The notes: generated from the letters alone by a model not told the origin. 64,000 nt of DNA from Eledone cirrhosa (GCA_964016885.1 OZ024740.1:286998001-287062000), one strand, 5' to 3'. Shown: positions 26,567 through 41,242, counted from the first letter of the stretch. Numbers and translations are program-made.

Positions 26567-27180
26567 TACGTATATATATATATATTCACATTCATGTATA
26601 TAGGCTGTCAATTGCCTTAACTTGAACGCAACTTAATGCTACCCATGAAATCAAGCAAATCTAATCTATAAATCAATCCCATTCACCAGACACACACCAC
26701 ACAAGACAGAAAGTAAAAATCAATCATGCTTCGAGCATCTCAGCATAGCAATAACCAGCCTGTGCATCAATTACTGGTATGGGGACGACGGACTTCATCG
26801 GAGTGCCGTCCTTGTATTATTCAATATTATAAGGTTTATGACAGTTATGGGTTAGAATCGATTCTTACGTATTTATTGTAATCATAAATATAGACACATA
26901 AACACACACCAATACACCATCTTTACAGAGTGTACTGTGTGCATTTTACTGATATAGAATCCACAAACCTAGCACAAGGCCTCAAACTTGGGTGGGAGGA
27001 AGTCGATTGGATTAGCTCCAGTATTCAACCAGTACTTATTTTATCGATTCCAAAAAGATGAAAGGAAAGTCTAGATTTGAAATGGATTCACAATGTAAAG
27101 GTATGTAACTAAACACTGCAATACATTTGTTTCACATTCTATCGATTCTATTAAACAACATCTACGTAATAATTACAATA

Positions 27181-27229
<49 letters not shown>

Positions 27230-27344
27230 GTGTGTGTGTGTGTTAGGTAATTCCGAAGGAAAAGCAAAGGAAAAAAGAGTGCTCTATGTATAGAACAGAG
27301 GTATTTAATTAGAAATTGAACAACACAAAATATAACTACTCCAT

Positions 27345-27410
27345 CTCTGTCTGACGACCGATCCAGACATATTATTATCGTCTGTGATCCAGAAACCTTT
27401 GGTAATGGAG
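27345..27410 (+). ncRNA. Complete type I HHR motif within a fold-back element (27243-27440, family D relative)
   Basis: CTCTGT-CTGACGA-stem II (GATCCAGAC/GTCTGTGATC)-GAAA-CC TTT GG-TA-ATGGAG. Confidence 0.75.
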
Positions 27411-27575
27411 TAATATTTTGTGTAGTTCAATTTCTAACTATATATATATAGAAACGATCGTAAAGCAGTGAAGTATATCTCTAATGACTTGATTTTTTAT
27501 TTCATTGTTTTAACTTATATATATATATTTTTCGTTTCTGAATTTGTTTATTGGCAACATGACCCTCCCAAAGCA

Positions 27576-27628
<53 letters not shown>

Positions 27629-28447
27629 CTTGATATTTTTTTAGTTGAGTGGGGACAGGTGATTATATGGGCTCCAATACTTGGACTAGCACTTTATTTT
27701 GTCGATACCACAAGGATAAATGTTAAATTTGACCTCGGTAGAACCTAACACACGTGAAGAGCTAAAACAAAATACCACAAGATTGTCCACTTTGGTCTGG
27801 TGCACTAAAGTGTCTACCAACCCGCCACCCCCAAATTTTGCTTTGTGGGTTTCTTTCTCCAGAAACTTCTTTCCAAGGTCCACAGTTATCAAACACTGTT
27901 TTACTTAGTTCTTCGAGTTTCTTGCTCTGTACAGTACCAGTAACATTCAGAGGTCTATTGTATTAACTACTTCTATCTTTTGTTAATAAAAATCTTGCAT
28001 TAACCATTTTGATACCAAACTGCATAAACCTGCCCTGGTTTTAATATACAAAACTGACCATTCTAAAATGTACACATTTATATTAAAACATCCATCAAAA
28101 TTGTATTTAAGAAATTTCTGTAACAATGTTCCAAACATGAGCTTACTAATGAAAAGGTTAGTTTATTAAATTCTTCCAAATTCTTGATTTCTTTCTGAAT
28201 TACGTAAGCAATGTATTTCATTAGAAATGCAGTAACGAAAGAGTTAAAGCTAAGCTAATCTTTATCTCATTCATACGAATTCCTGGACCAGTGATTACTG
28301 CTGGTTTCTGTTATGTTACATCAATGAAATAAAATTCTTCCAGGATAACTTTTTCCTGTAGAAGAAATGGAACTCAGCACTGCATGTTTATAAATCACTT
28401 GTCAATTTTACAGCCGTATTTATAATAATAGTTATAACTGACTGGTT

Positions 28448-28878
28448 ATAGCTAGGTGGACTGTTTATCACTTCGGTATCTCTTTATAATACCTAATAAG
28501 AGCTAGGAGGACTGTAGCTCTTTGTGGTGCTTAGTGACTACTTGATGAATTGTACCTCTTTGTAGTACCTGGTGACAGTTAGATGGACTAGACCTCTTTT
28601 TGATACCTTATCTCCATCAGATATCATAACCACATCTCTGATGAACTCACACATAAGTCCAATATATGAAAGACAGATCCAGGGACAAGCCAGCCATGGA
28701 TGAAAAACTACATTGTTACTAACTGACTGGCCGAATTTGACAACTGTGCCTGGCTGCTCTCCAACCATCCCGTTGCCTAGTGCGTTTATAGCTAGAGAAA
28801 CTGTACCTTTTTATGACACCTAGTAACAGCTAGGTGGACTGTATCTCTTTGTGGTATCTAATGACAGCTAGGTTGAGT
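28448..28878. repeat. Degenerate ~39-bp tandem repeat in two blocks
   Basis: AGCTAGGTGGACTGTATCTCTTTGTGGTATCTAATGAC-like units at 28448-28610 and 28788-28878. Confidence 0.6.
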
Positions 28879-28968
28879 CTACTGTCATCATCATAATTTT
28901 TGCTGCTTCCTTCATATGTGGATCGTACTTAACTTGCCCTTATACTAATTATTATATATCTTGTGGAT

Positions 28969-29148
28969 TGGCAGTATCGGTAGAGGGTCGGACGCCATGC
29001 TTTCCAGCATAGTTACGTCCCTTTACGATCTGAGTTCAAATCCCGCCGAGGTTGACTTTGCCTTTCATCCTTACGGGGTCGATAAAATAAAGTACCAGTA
29101 ATGCACTGGGTAATTTGCTGGCCTTGTGCCTAACGTAGAAACAATTAT
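28969..29148 (+). mobile_element. Near-full tRNA-derived SINE with Meta-type central domain
   Basis: A box TGGCAGTATCGG, B box GAGTTCAAATC, then GCCTTTCATCCTTACGGGGTCGATAAAATAAAGTACCAG; more than ten copies in the window. Confidence 0.85.
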
Positions 29149-29581
29149 ATATCTATGTATATGGTTAATATTTTACTGTATTTCGCACTGCAATCTATTC
29201 TGGCAGTGGTCATTGACATGCTAGTCTACACTGTCACGACTGACCTCTGACATATGGTATCTACTATTTGACTCTTTTGTACTACTATTACAGCATGAAG
29301 GGGATCGTGTTGCCATGCTCCGCCTATATGTAATGTGTGAATATATTGATTTTCGTATAACCTGTAACTTTCCCAACATAGGATATGTTAAATAAGCTGA
29401 GTCACGCACTTAATATCTTTAGTAAATAGGTAAAATTTCAATAAAAATAAATAACTTAAAACCTTTTGTTTTGCGGAGTAATCGATAGTAAACAATTTAA
29501 ACTTGCCGACAACTGATATATCAGAATACAATAGTGGGGCAATCAATCAATTCATATAACAGTGGATGTGTATATTTAAGT

Positions 29582-29622
<41 letters not shown>

Positions 29623-30039
29623 GATAAATCTACCAAGAGTTTACGGTAGTGTCCAATCCGTATGAAGAACTCAATGTAATCCGGATATCATGGAAAGAAG
29701 AGATGCAATGAAAAATCACTTTCGGTGAAAGATAAACGGAATACAGAGTCAAGATAAAATATTAAACAAATAATGAATAAAACAATGAAACAGTTCCTTA
29801 TATTAAACAAAAAAAGTTCATTATTTAACGATCGTTTCTAGGATATATATGTGTTAGAATTGGCATGCATATTCAACAGATCTATGTACAAAATTATACA
29901 AAATTATACAAACTATCAAAATTAAATATACATACCCAACACATATATATGCCGTCTATATATATATATACACACATACTGTGATATGAATATAGTTTTT
30001 AATGGTTGAACGTGTGTGTGTAGGGATGTACAATAGTTC

Positions 30040-32481
30040 TCTCCTTTCGTTGGCCGCAAAGTGCAAATGATTTCCTTGAGCTAGTGCTGGACTAGAACTG
30101 GTCCCAAGTAGTCACCTCCCCAACAAGAGGTGACAACACTTTGGATCTATTCTTCACCACTACTCCTGAAACGGTTATTAATGTTACTACTGAGGAACGT
30201 TTAGGTGACTCTGATCATGTTATGATCATTGCCAATCTATCCCTCATCGGCAGTAACAAAAACCACAACCATCTTCAAACTGCTCACTTTGACTGGGATA
30301 AAGCAGACTGGAACTGTTACTGCACCGAGCTGCAACGTCCAAACTGGCTTGAGTTTTACGACTCTGGAGATGTCAACACTGTACTCCAGAACATCCTGAA
30401 CTCAATATGGACAGCATGTGCAGCATCGGTGCCACATAAGCCGAAAAATCATCCCAAAAGTGCAATTTGGGAGACTGCAGCAGTTCGACTTGCCAGGAAA
30501 GAACGTCGTAATGCTGAAGGTGAGTACAAACTGCATAAATCAGATATCAATAGGAAAAAGCGAAATAAATCAGCCAACCATCTCAAACAGGTGACAAAAA
30601 AGGCTGTGCTTCAATTTGAGCAGCGCACAGCAACCAGCCCTGACAGTAAGGTGTTCTGGAAGTATGTTCACTCAAAGCAGAGGCCTCACTCTCCAGTTGG
30701 TCCTCTTCGCAATCCCCACACAAGCCGGGTTACTGACGACCCCAAGGAATGCGCAGAACTCATTGCTGAATGCTATGCAGGCATTTTCACTATTGAAGAC
30801 CAGAGTGTATCGTCCGTCTCCACCACCTCTGACATCGGATTCTATTACAACTATGGAATTTACACCCGCAATGCTGAGACGTCACCTTAAAAATAAACGC
30901 AACCATGCCTCTCCTGGTCTTGATAGTGTTACGTACCTGCTTCTCAAACGTAGTGGGTACTTCCACCTGCACCAGCTATCACGCTTCCAATTCTGTCTGA
31001 ACAATGGTGCTACTCCAGAACAGTGGAAAACTGCCAGTGTCATTCCTCTGTTCAAAAAGGGTGACCGCACATCACCTGTGAACTATCGTCCAGTCAGTCT
31101 TACTAGCTGCATTGCCAAACTGATGGAATCCTGTATCAGAGAAACGCTTTGGAACTTCTGGAACTCTCACAGTCTTATCCGGCCCTCGCAATTTGGATTT
31201 ATCCCTAACTCCAGCTGCTGTTATCAACTTATCGAGTTTCTTGAAGACATCACCCGGATCACTGATGGCGGCTCATGAGTGGATGTTGTTTACCTTGACT
31301 TTGCTAAAGCTTTCAATTCTGTGCCACACAAAAGACTTATGGCAAAACTATCTGCAATGGGTGTGAAGGATGATCTTTTTAACTGGTTGAAGTCCTTCAT
31401 TCTCAGTCGAAGAGAGGTAGTCACGGTTCTAGGGCAGCATTCCTCACCATATGAGATGTCATCTGGTGTACCATAGGATCTGTTCTTGGTCCCCTTTTGT
31501 TTGTGGCATATATTAATGACATAGATACCAACTTAAAGAATGCCGCAGTACTGAAATATGCAGATGACATACATCAAGCTGTACCTTGAGATAAAAAGGA
31601 CAGATCCTGAACACTATAGATCTTTCCTGCAATCTGACCTGGACACCATACAACAATGGATCACGGACTGGCAACTCAAGCTGGCTGTGGGCAAGTGAAC
31701 CATCATGCATTTTGGGAGTAAAAACCCAGCGTCCACATACTCCCTCCACAACACTAATATCAAGAAGTCTTCTTGTGAACGTGACCTGGGCATAACGGTC
31801 AGCAGCGATTTGCGTTGGACGAAGCACGCCTCTAAAATTGTCGAGAAGGCCGAGGGTGTCTTAGCATCACTCAACAAAGCTGTATATAGCTATGGTGCGA
31901 CCACACTTAGAAATTGCATCACCAGTCTGGAACCCCTATCTTGCTCAGAACATTGACCGCCTGGAAACTGTTCAGAGACGTGCAACCAAGCGAATATCCT
32001 CCATCGGGCATCTACCATACTCTGAATGCCTTGCTTCCCTGAGCATGGATACATTGAAGCTCCGACGTCTGGCAACTGACTTGGTAAACACCCACAAAAT
32101 TATTAACCATCTTGCCAACAACAACAACCCTGAGTACCTTTTTGATTTCCATGTGTCTAACACACGTGGACATGCCCACAAAGTCAGAAAACAGCACAGT
32201 TCCCATGACTTTCGGAGACATTTTATCACGCTCAGAGTTGCTGAAGCATGGAACAAACTACCTGCATCAGTTATTAGCTGTCTAGACACTGCATCCTTTA
32301 AAACCTCCATGCTTCCTGAGATTCGCCAACACTACACCTAATATTCCCCCTCCATACACACGCACATATGTATATCATGACTCATACACTATTCACTTCC
32401 CTGACATTTGTATATTATTCTATGTACTATACATGCACCTTTGATGAGTTGTAGTGCACATGAGCACTGTACACAATAATT

Positions 32482-32519
<38 letters not shown>
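30040..32519 (+). mobile_element. 5'-truncated CR1-group LINE, ORF2 pseudogene
   Basis: End of APE domain (PTRGDNTLDL, GDSDH), RT motifs NYRPVSLTS, YLDFAKAF, GVP*GSVLGP, KYADD, RDLG, C-terminal VRPHLE; frameshifts and stops; 3' UTR and (ATT)n tail. Confidence 0.95.
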
Positions 32520-32520
<1 letters not shown>

Positions 32521-33904
32521 GTTAGTGTTAATATACCCACTTGCTTGACCACCTTTCATAAATATTAGTATCTAACGACAGGTGAGCAACTCTATTGACT
32601 TTAGCAGGTGGTGGAATAGGGTGTTGTGAAATTCATGCTGTTCCCCAAAACATTAGTGGAATAAGTGAAAGAACTTACACATCGTTTCATATAAAGAAAT
32701 ATTTATTTCATATATTAATTCTTTTTGACTACCGACACAAAACTGTTTACCGTTTGTATTTATCAAAAACCGTCCATCATGATTTTATGTAAGAGCTTTT
32801 GCTAACTTTGTACCAAACACCAACTTAATGATAAAGTTAGTCACATTATTTATTACCAGTGCCAGATTTCCCATTGTGCTTAAGTGTACCATCTTCCGGC
32901 CAAAAAGTTTTTACGCACAGAGCCTCATTTTGTCCTAAATCCGGCACTAATTATTACGTCTTCTCACATTCAGAGAAAAATGGTAACGAAAGTGTTAACA
33001 GAAGACTACTACTAATTAATAGGAACGGCATACTGTCAATTGAATTGATTTCTGTATATGAGTCGTACTTATTTTATCGGATCCGAAGTGGAGGGGTAAA
33101 ATACGGCGTCGACACTAACAGGATTCAACTCCAGAACAAAAGAAACGCAGCTAAAGCATATATTCCCATCATTCTATTGTGTCTGTTACTCTCGACTACC
33201 AAAATAGATTAGTGGGTCATTTCATGCATGGCTGGTTGGAAGGGATTTTTGTAAGCCCTACTTTGTAATGTCTTCATATTGAAGCAAAAAGGAACCTTTT
33301 ATAAAAATCTTAAGTAACCTTTTACTCCCTCTGTAAATATGGAAGACACAGGGGATGGATTAACAACACGTATGATTTGTCGGAAAAGTAGTATAAGTGA
33401 ATCCAAATGCACAGCTTTTAAGCGACGTGCAGCGTTGACTAAAAAATGCATTTATAGAAATAACAAACTTTAGTGGTGAAATTCTTGATAGTTTGTACAT
33501 GATTGTCACAAGGAAGTGTGAGGGAGGTGTCTACAGCTGAGATAAAAGACTTTAATTTCCCATATATTTCTTGTGGATCTACCTCTTCGAAAGTACCCGA
33601 GTTGTTTGCAATATAGTTTCGATACCTGGTTGAATGGTTTCACTTAACCGCTCCTTGTACATCTATCTCTCTGTGGTTGAAACTATTGATATCTCTCAAT
33701 GCCTCAATGGGTTCTAATTAATGCTATGCCTTATCCAAAGTGATTATAATTTTGCAAATTACTTTAGTGAAGCTGCACTTACACCGGGGCGGGGGAAGTA
33801 GCTGAACCACGTGGCGCAGGTCTACAATTTTGAAGTGGCCTATACATTTCAAGTGTAGTTCTTTTATTCTGCTCTGTTCCTTGTAGGTGCATCATGTACA
33901 CCAG

Positions 33905-33907
<3 letters not shown>

Positions 33908-33970
<63 letters not shown>
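33908..33970. repeat. (CA)n microsatellite
   Basis: Directly visible. Confidence 0.95.
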
Positions 33971-33972
<2 letters not shown>

Positions 33973-34286
33973 CCCATACATAAATCATGTGTATTTAATA
34001 CTGATTATTGAAACACTTAATGAGCAGTCTGAATTGAGGCTTATTATCAGCTTTCCCCGAACCTGCAACGAGTACTGTAAACGGGTACTATATCGTTCAC
34101 CACTGTTACCAACTAGAAGGTGCACTATGATCGAAGAGTATTTTATTTAGTTTGATGTGTCGAATTGCATCGAGCAGTGTCGTATGAAGATATAGAAAAA
34201 GAAGGGGTGGTGGCAAGACAAGCATGTTACATGATGACCTAGTTTTAATTGGTCTGTGGGAACTTTTTTATTCTCGCCAAATCGCC

Positions 34287-34433
<147 letters not shown>

Positions 34434-35465
34434 TTATCGACGTAATATTTGTGACTACATTTGCATGTATAAGTGATTACATTTGCATGTATGGTTTTGG
34501 GGGTGTTCTAAGTAAATATTGATCCATTAGTAGGGGTTTTGTAATTGGCAACATGAAATTCTAAACAAAACACTACAAATTGTTTAGAGCACTGCACCAA
34601 TTACACTTTGTGCGCGCGAGTGTGCGCTGACTTAAAATCTGATTCACACACATCATCATCGTTATCACAATGACTATATATGGCGTCATCTTGTCTTGTG
34701 TCATATACTACCTCAACAATAGTTACAGCTTTGACTGACATTTCCCCTTTTCTCTCTTTCTTTAACCTCCACCCTTCTTCCCTTTCCTCGATAATGATAA
34801 TAGACATCATCATTTCCACCACTAGGACGTTTGACCCATTAACTCGTGTTCAATCACAACGCTTTCTCTTTCCCTTCATCCTTCACGGAACATTATCAGA
34901 TTTTGTTTGGAAAAGATCCAGCTTAAGTATTTTTTAAACATTTCCTGAAGGGAAACAACACACATCATTATAAATAACCATTATTGTTCTTACTTATCAT
35001 AGTCGACTCCATCGCCGTCATTAACATCAACAGCGATGTAAATATTTATCTCTATTCTGTAATTCCTGTTCATCAACCTCCCCTTGCTAACCAGACAATT
35101 GTCGTTGGAATTTCGACAGATCTTTTTTTTTCTTTTTTGGTTCAGCTTACTTTTGAAATGTTTCACTGCTTCTGGCTCTCTTCTGTCACATCCCTGTCTC
35201 TATTGTTTCTCTAGTTTATCTCTCTCATCATTCCTTCCATCAGTCTCTTATCTCCACTTCGCTCTTTCCCCATACTCACAAATGCTCTGTCGTTCTAATA
35301 ATCTCTCTCTCGACTCACTTTCTTCTTTCTTTATATTGTCATACACCACTGTTCCTCTCTCTTCTCTTTCTCCTTTTTTCTTCGCTTTGCTTTCACCTTT
35401 CACTTTTCTGATTCTTTCTCTTACCTCTCTCGTTCCCTTGATCTTTTACTCTATTTATCACTCAG

Positions 35466-35468
<3 letters not shown>

Positions 35469-35549
<81 letters not shown>
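35469..35549. repeat. (CT)n microsatellite
   Basis: Directly visible. Confidence 0.95.
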
Positions 35550-35552
<3 letters not shown>

Positions 35553-36009
35553 GATGATCTCTTCTCACTCTCACTTTTTCCATGTCACCTACTTTTTCTC
35601 ACTCTTGTTGCTCTATTGTTCTTGCTCTCTTTCACTATCTATAGGTCTATCTCCCTTTTTCATTCTTAATCACCACCCTCTTAAAATGTATCACCAACGT
35701 CTTTTTCTTTTACAGCCATTATACTGTAGCCATGCTGGGGCGCCGCCCCGATTTAATCGATCAGATCGACCATAGTACTTATTTTTTCAAATCATTTATT
35801 TTATCGCATTGGTCATGTGTGATTTTTACATGTTTTTGTTATATTTTTGTGTACTGTATTTCTGTATCTGTTATTTGATACCGTTTGTTTCTTTGAGTTT
35901 CCAGTTTTAAATCTTCTTTTGTGGGTGAAAATCTAAAGGCTCATCTCAAAAGGGATTTTAATATAGACAATTTATGGCTATAGGGACACTCACTATCACT
36001 GTCGAACGG

Positions 36010-36830
36010 AACAGGGACAATATCAAGTGCAGGTCTTCTTCCTTCTGACGGATTAAATCTTCCTTGGACCAACTCCACCTCGCAATCAAGCAGCAGCGCG
36101 TCGTTCAATTGGGTGCTCTCCTTATCAACCGGTACCCTTAATGATGAGTGCACTCGCATTGGAGTAGCACAGCGCCTCGGCCTCCGCGTGTGCGAGCCAT
36201 ACAGATGCCTTTGTGGGACTGTTGTTGACGAGTTCGGCCTGCGCCCACTATCATCATAGCGACTTAGCGCAGCCCGCTTCCCCCGACACGCCACTCTGAA
36301 CGACATCATCAAAAGAAGCCTCAACTGTAGCGATGGTAAGGGTCCCGACGGAATAACTCTCTTCCCATTCGAGGGAGGTAAATCCCTAATCTGGGACGCG
36401 ACGTGTTGTGATTCCTTCTCTGCCTCCAATCTTGTCGCTTCGGCCGCAAACCCTAACACCGCCGTCCGCACTAAAAAAGAGAAGATAAACAAACAGCGGA
36501 GCTTGACAGACTGCTTTGTTTTCGTAACACTCGCCGTCGAGATCTCTGTTGTCCTTGGACACCGGACTGCAGATTTTCTCAGCAAAATTGGAAAGACAGC
36601 AGCCGATATAAGGAAAGAGCCCCGTAAGGATGGGTGGCTGTTACAGCGAGTGTCGTTGGCCATTCTCCGTGACATGGCTTTCGTCGTTCTGTCTGCTGGA
36701 CAAGGTCGAATCACTACTCTGACTGGGGTGTAGTCTATTTCCTCCTCCTCCTCTCCCTTTCTTTCGTTGCTTACTTTTCTTCTTTTTTTCTTTTTCTTCT
36801 TTCCTTTTCCCTTTGTTTTATTTCATTTAA
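36010..36830 (+). mobile_element. CRE-like non-LTR retrotransposon 3' fragment (zinc knuckle plus restriction-like endonuclease)
   Basis: Plus-strand translation RIGVAQRLGLRVCEPYRCLCG...RFPRHATLNDIIKRSL...DGKGPDGITLFPF...LIWDATCCD...WLLQRVSLAILR, with a stop and a deletion. Confidence 0.8.
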
Positions 36831-37084
36831 ATAATTACCTCTCCTGAATGACAACAGTGTCCTATGTTTTATGATTTTTTCATGTACACAGATGTGCTAT
36901 AATCATTCTGTGTTCATATCCCCAAAATTGAGGATGTAATTATTTTAAAAATCTTAATTTAGTCTACCCGTCTGCTCCTGTATATCAGTCCGTCGGCAAT
37001 GAATAGCCAAATAGCTTTATTTCCCAGTTGGGCATGCAGAACACCGCAAGTATGGAACATCCTCGGTATGGGAAACAAAAAGGA

Positions 37085-37380
37085 ACCTATTGGCCTTTCT
37101 CTCACTGGAATGGCTCTTCCAGTGTGTCTCCCTCGCCATCCTCTGGGGAAACGCCTTCTTTATTCTGTCCACCGGAGCCGAGGAGCGGCCAGTGCGTGGG
37201 CCTCCATTTTCTCATAATAGTGAGAGGTGGGGAGAGGGGGTAGAGACGGAGTTTGGTTCCTTTGTGTTCGAACCTGGTGTATATGTATTTGTTTCACGGC
37301 CTCTCTCTTCACATACACAGACATATGTGTTAATATACATCTTTAGTATAAATATATATCCCTTGTTCATTTTCTAACTC
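37085..37380 (+). mobile_element. Second CRE-like 3' end
   Basis: WLFQCVSLAILWGNAFFILS. Confidence 0.65.
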
Positions 37381-37439
37381 TCTTAAACAGAAAACACGAG
37401 TGGAATAGCAACATCACAACTAGTAATTAAGGACAAAAA

Positions 37440-37790
37440 CCAAACTAACAAAACAAATCAGACACACAACCAACTAATAACAAATAAATAAATACAAATA
37501 AATAAATAAAAAAAGACACACACACACACCCGGATGTAACGCATGCGCAAACTAACCACACAACACAACACACAAAAACAAGATGGTGGAGGACAGAACA
37601 AAGGAGAGACACAAAATAAAAACCAAGTCATCGAGGAAGTCACAGAATGTGTGACGAAAGAGCTTTGACAATATATAAACAACCTTCCAGTTATGGAACC
37701 AACCAACCGGAAATATATAATAAATTGAAATTAAAATCAACAGGTGCATGTGTTTTTATTGGCAGCATGACCCTCCCAAAGTATAACAAT
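37440..37790 (+). mobile_element. HHR-bearing terminus (family F), degenerate core
   Basis: Homologous to 40998-41248; GTCA-TCGAGGA-AGTCACA GAATG TGTGAC-GAAA-GAGCT-T-TGAC at 37627-37669. Confidence 0.6.
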
Positions 37791-38964
37791 ATATACACGC
37801 ACTCACACTAAACACACACCCTATTACCACCACTAACCCTCACCCCCACACATCCACCCCACCACCCCGCAACTAACATCACTAACACCCCCCTGACCCC
37901 AAGCACACGAACACACGCACCCACTTACACCACCCACCCTACATGCAACTAACATCACTAACACCCCCCAACCCCACGTACACACACCCTCTTACACCAC
38001 CAACTCTACACACCCTACCACCACTAACCCCCGCATTCAACCCTTTCTCCACCTCCCGTATACTAACACCCACTAACACCCCCTTCATCAAACTACACAC
38101 ACACCAGTACACCACACTCCCTCCATCGACCCCCACACCCTTCTCTCCCCGCTCCACCCACACCCTTTCTCAAACACTCACCCATCCCACTAACACCTCT
38201 ATTAATACACACCCCCTCCTCACTCCAACTTTCACACCTACCCATCCTCGCCCCTTTACCATTCCACCCTACTGCTGCTATGCCCTCTGACCACCACCCA
38301 GCACACACAGACACACAGCACTCCTACTGCCTTGACCACTTCCTGTTGCGCGCGCACCCCACATCTCCCCTCTTCCGACCATCTCTTCACGGATTACTCG
38401 TATGTGGACCTTGACCGTGGAATCAACTACCATCCTAGGATTTTACCAACCATTCCACAACATCTTCTTACGGAATCACCTTTTTGACTCACCCACATAC
38501 ACACCCCAAACATTTTTTTTCCCCACACGCCACCTACACCCACAACACGCTTAAACCCCACACACACGTGCGTTCCACCACATATTTACACATTCAGCCT
38601 CCGGATTCCTCTCCCCCCACCCCTCTATCCACACACGCACACACACTCCGACCTACACCCCACCCCACACACACCTCTTCCTGAACATGCAACCCCGTTC
38701 TTCCCCCAACCCTTGCTTTCACATACACACACACAGACACACACACACGTACACCTACACACACACACCACCTTCAGCCCTCCCCGCTCGGACACCCCGC
38801 CTACACGCCCCACACCCTTCCACCACCTGTTTTACCCCATTTTAATTTTATTTTGATCATGCTTTTATTTTTAATTTCATTCGCACCGTTTCCTCCCACC
38901 CCCTTTTCGCTATATGTCTCTCCACCACTCCCCTACACACCCTTTGAACTCTCTTCCCACACAC

Positions 38965-39005
38965 TTTTCACCTGAAGAAGGGCTTATGCCCGAAACGTCG
39001 TTCCC
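38965..39005 (+). ncRNA. Minimal HHR core at the end of a long C/A-rich region (37800-39090), PLE 3' end-like
   Basis: CTGAAGA-AGGGC TTAT GCCC-GAAA-CGTC; stem I poorly preserved; the tail ends in (TA)n at 39091. Confidence 0.65.
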
Positions 39006-39088
39006 CACCACCACCCCACTCTCAAGAGCGTGAAATTAATAAACATTCGTTGTACTGCCTCTCTGTTTTGTTCCTGTTCAAATTTTCC

Positions 39089-39122
<34 letters not shown>

Positions 39123-39226
39123 GAGGACGGCCGATTGAACAGGGTTTTCGAGACTAGAAATAGGTAGTAACTTAACCACTAACACGCTAGTCGATACACC
39201 GATCCTCTGAAACTCTCTACCTACAC

Positions 39227-39280
<54 letters not shown>

Positions 39281-39284
39281 CAAA

Positions 39285-40050
39285 CAAAGATGTCATCGCA
39301 GTACTATCTACCTATGAGGCATGATGTAGTGGCCAAATCACTGTACAATACAATCCGTAGAAAAGATAGCCCCGATAATAAACACATTAAAAGCTACAGC
39401 AATGTGGAAGACATACATATGCATAATATGAAAGAGTACTGGTGGAATGTTCCAGTAAAAACCCCAATAAAATGCAGGCATAACAGACCAGACATAATGA
39501 TATAGGACAGGGAAAAGAAGGCATGTACAGTAGTGGAAGTTAGCTGCCCAGTAGATGCCAATATAATATCAAAGATTAGCGAAAAAAAGAATATTTATGC
39601 AGAACTGATGAGAAATCTGCAGATACTCCACCCTGATTACACCTGCAGATTTATGCCTGTGATTGTTGGAGCACTGGGATATGTTAGTAACTGCCTCAAT
39701 ACAAATCTTGAGAAGCTGGGCTTCACAGGAACAGAAAGAACACAACTAGTTAAGAAATTACAAGTACAATCCATTAATGGAACAGTTAAAATATGTAAAA
39801 CATTCCAAAAATTTTGCATTTAATAACTGCATATACACATGTACAGATACAAAGCGTATGCACATGCACACATACAACTCAAAACATCCACATCCACACA
39901 TACAATAACATCCATACCTACACATGCATGTATGCAGACATGCATACATATCTACCTAGTTGATGTGAAAATACCAATGCTTGTAACTATGTTAGAAACC
40001 GACTTTCTCTCTCTATTGGCAAAAATTTGTGAAATTATAAAACCAGAACA
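39285..40050 (+). mobile_element. R4/Dong-like RLE non-LTR 3' fragment
   Basis: RHD...WWNVPVKT...HNRPDI...VEVSCP...PVIVGALG with an in-frame stop. Confidence 0.8.
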
Positions 40051-41053
40051 TACATACATACATACACGATGGCTGCTCCTTCGTTATCGAGTATGGCCAT
40101 TCCACGATATAACATTATTAATAATTATTAATTAATTCTATCGTGCAATGCCTGTGCGTGAAGATATTTTTTAAAGTGAGGAAAGACTGTGCACTGAGCC
40201 AATCCCACTATCTGAGCGACAGTAGCTATAATCCGAAAAGAAGAAAAGATCAACATCATCGGTAATTACTGAGCCACAGGTTTTATATCGGAGTTATCCC
40301 AGTTTCATGAGTTGCCTTCTCCTAGAAGAATACCCTGACAAAGGCTAGGGGTCCTTCAATCCCAGTGGTTTACCCGCGCGATCGGGTGTCCAGCCCGACT
40401 ATTTCTATATCCCCGCGCATATACATACACATTCACCCATGTATATACACATATACATACATATGTACACATATACATACATATGTACATGTGTATATAC
40501 ATATTTACACACTTTTGGATGGCCGTTGACTCTTATGAGTTCTTCCGCCCTTTGTCGGGTTTTGTTTTTTGTCCTGCAGGGTGTCCAAAATCACCCTCCT
40601 CAGCAATCAATCTTGGTGGGGTTGCCGTTTTAGTCGCCGACGACCTGACCATGCGACAAGTTGTACTGGGTTACATGTTACCAGTAGCACTCAAGAGTGA
40701 CCCGACATACATACATACGTAGGTACGTGAAGGCGTGTGGCTGATTGGTTAGAGAACTGGATGCGTTATGTCCTTGAGCAAGACACTTTATTGCACGTTG
40801 TTCCTTCTACCTGGAGTTGCGACCGATAGATAGTATTTGCAATTGGAAAGACCAACGGAAACACCGTTTCCTCGGTCCGATTTGACGAAAATCGATCGAC
40901 CTTTCTCTCATATATATATATATATATATATAGTAATAATAATAAATTTGAAGACTAAAATCCAAAGAGGGCTCGATAAGGAATATATATATATATGAGA
41001 AACAAAATGGCGTAGGACAGAACAAAGGAGAGAAACAAAGAAAAGAATCCCCA

Positions 41054-41096
41054 GTCACTGAAGAGGTCACAGAATGTGTGACGAAATAACTTTGAC
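41054..41096 (+). ncRNA. Type I HHR motif (family F, element 40998-41248)
   Basis: GTCA-CTGAAGA-GGTCACA GAATG TGTGAC-GAAA-TAACT-T-TGAC; the tail ends GGCAACATGACCCTCCCAAAGTATAAC then (TA)n. Confidence 0.75.
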
Positions 41097-41242
41097 AATG
41101 TATAAACAACTATCTGGTTGTGGAACCAACCAACCAACCAGAAATTTATAAATTCCTAAATTTATAAATTTATTATAATAAATTGAAGTGAAAGCAACTG
41201 GTGCGTGTGTTTCTTATTGGCAACATGACCCTCCCAAAGTAT

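Noticed and set aside
35941-36714. 257-aa minus-strand ORF
   Set aside because: Antisense shadow of the plus-strand CRE-like fragment.
40080-40705. Possible LINE 5' region on the minus strand
   Set aside because: It looks repeat-derived, but I could not support a family assignment from the sequence.
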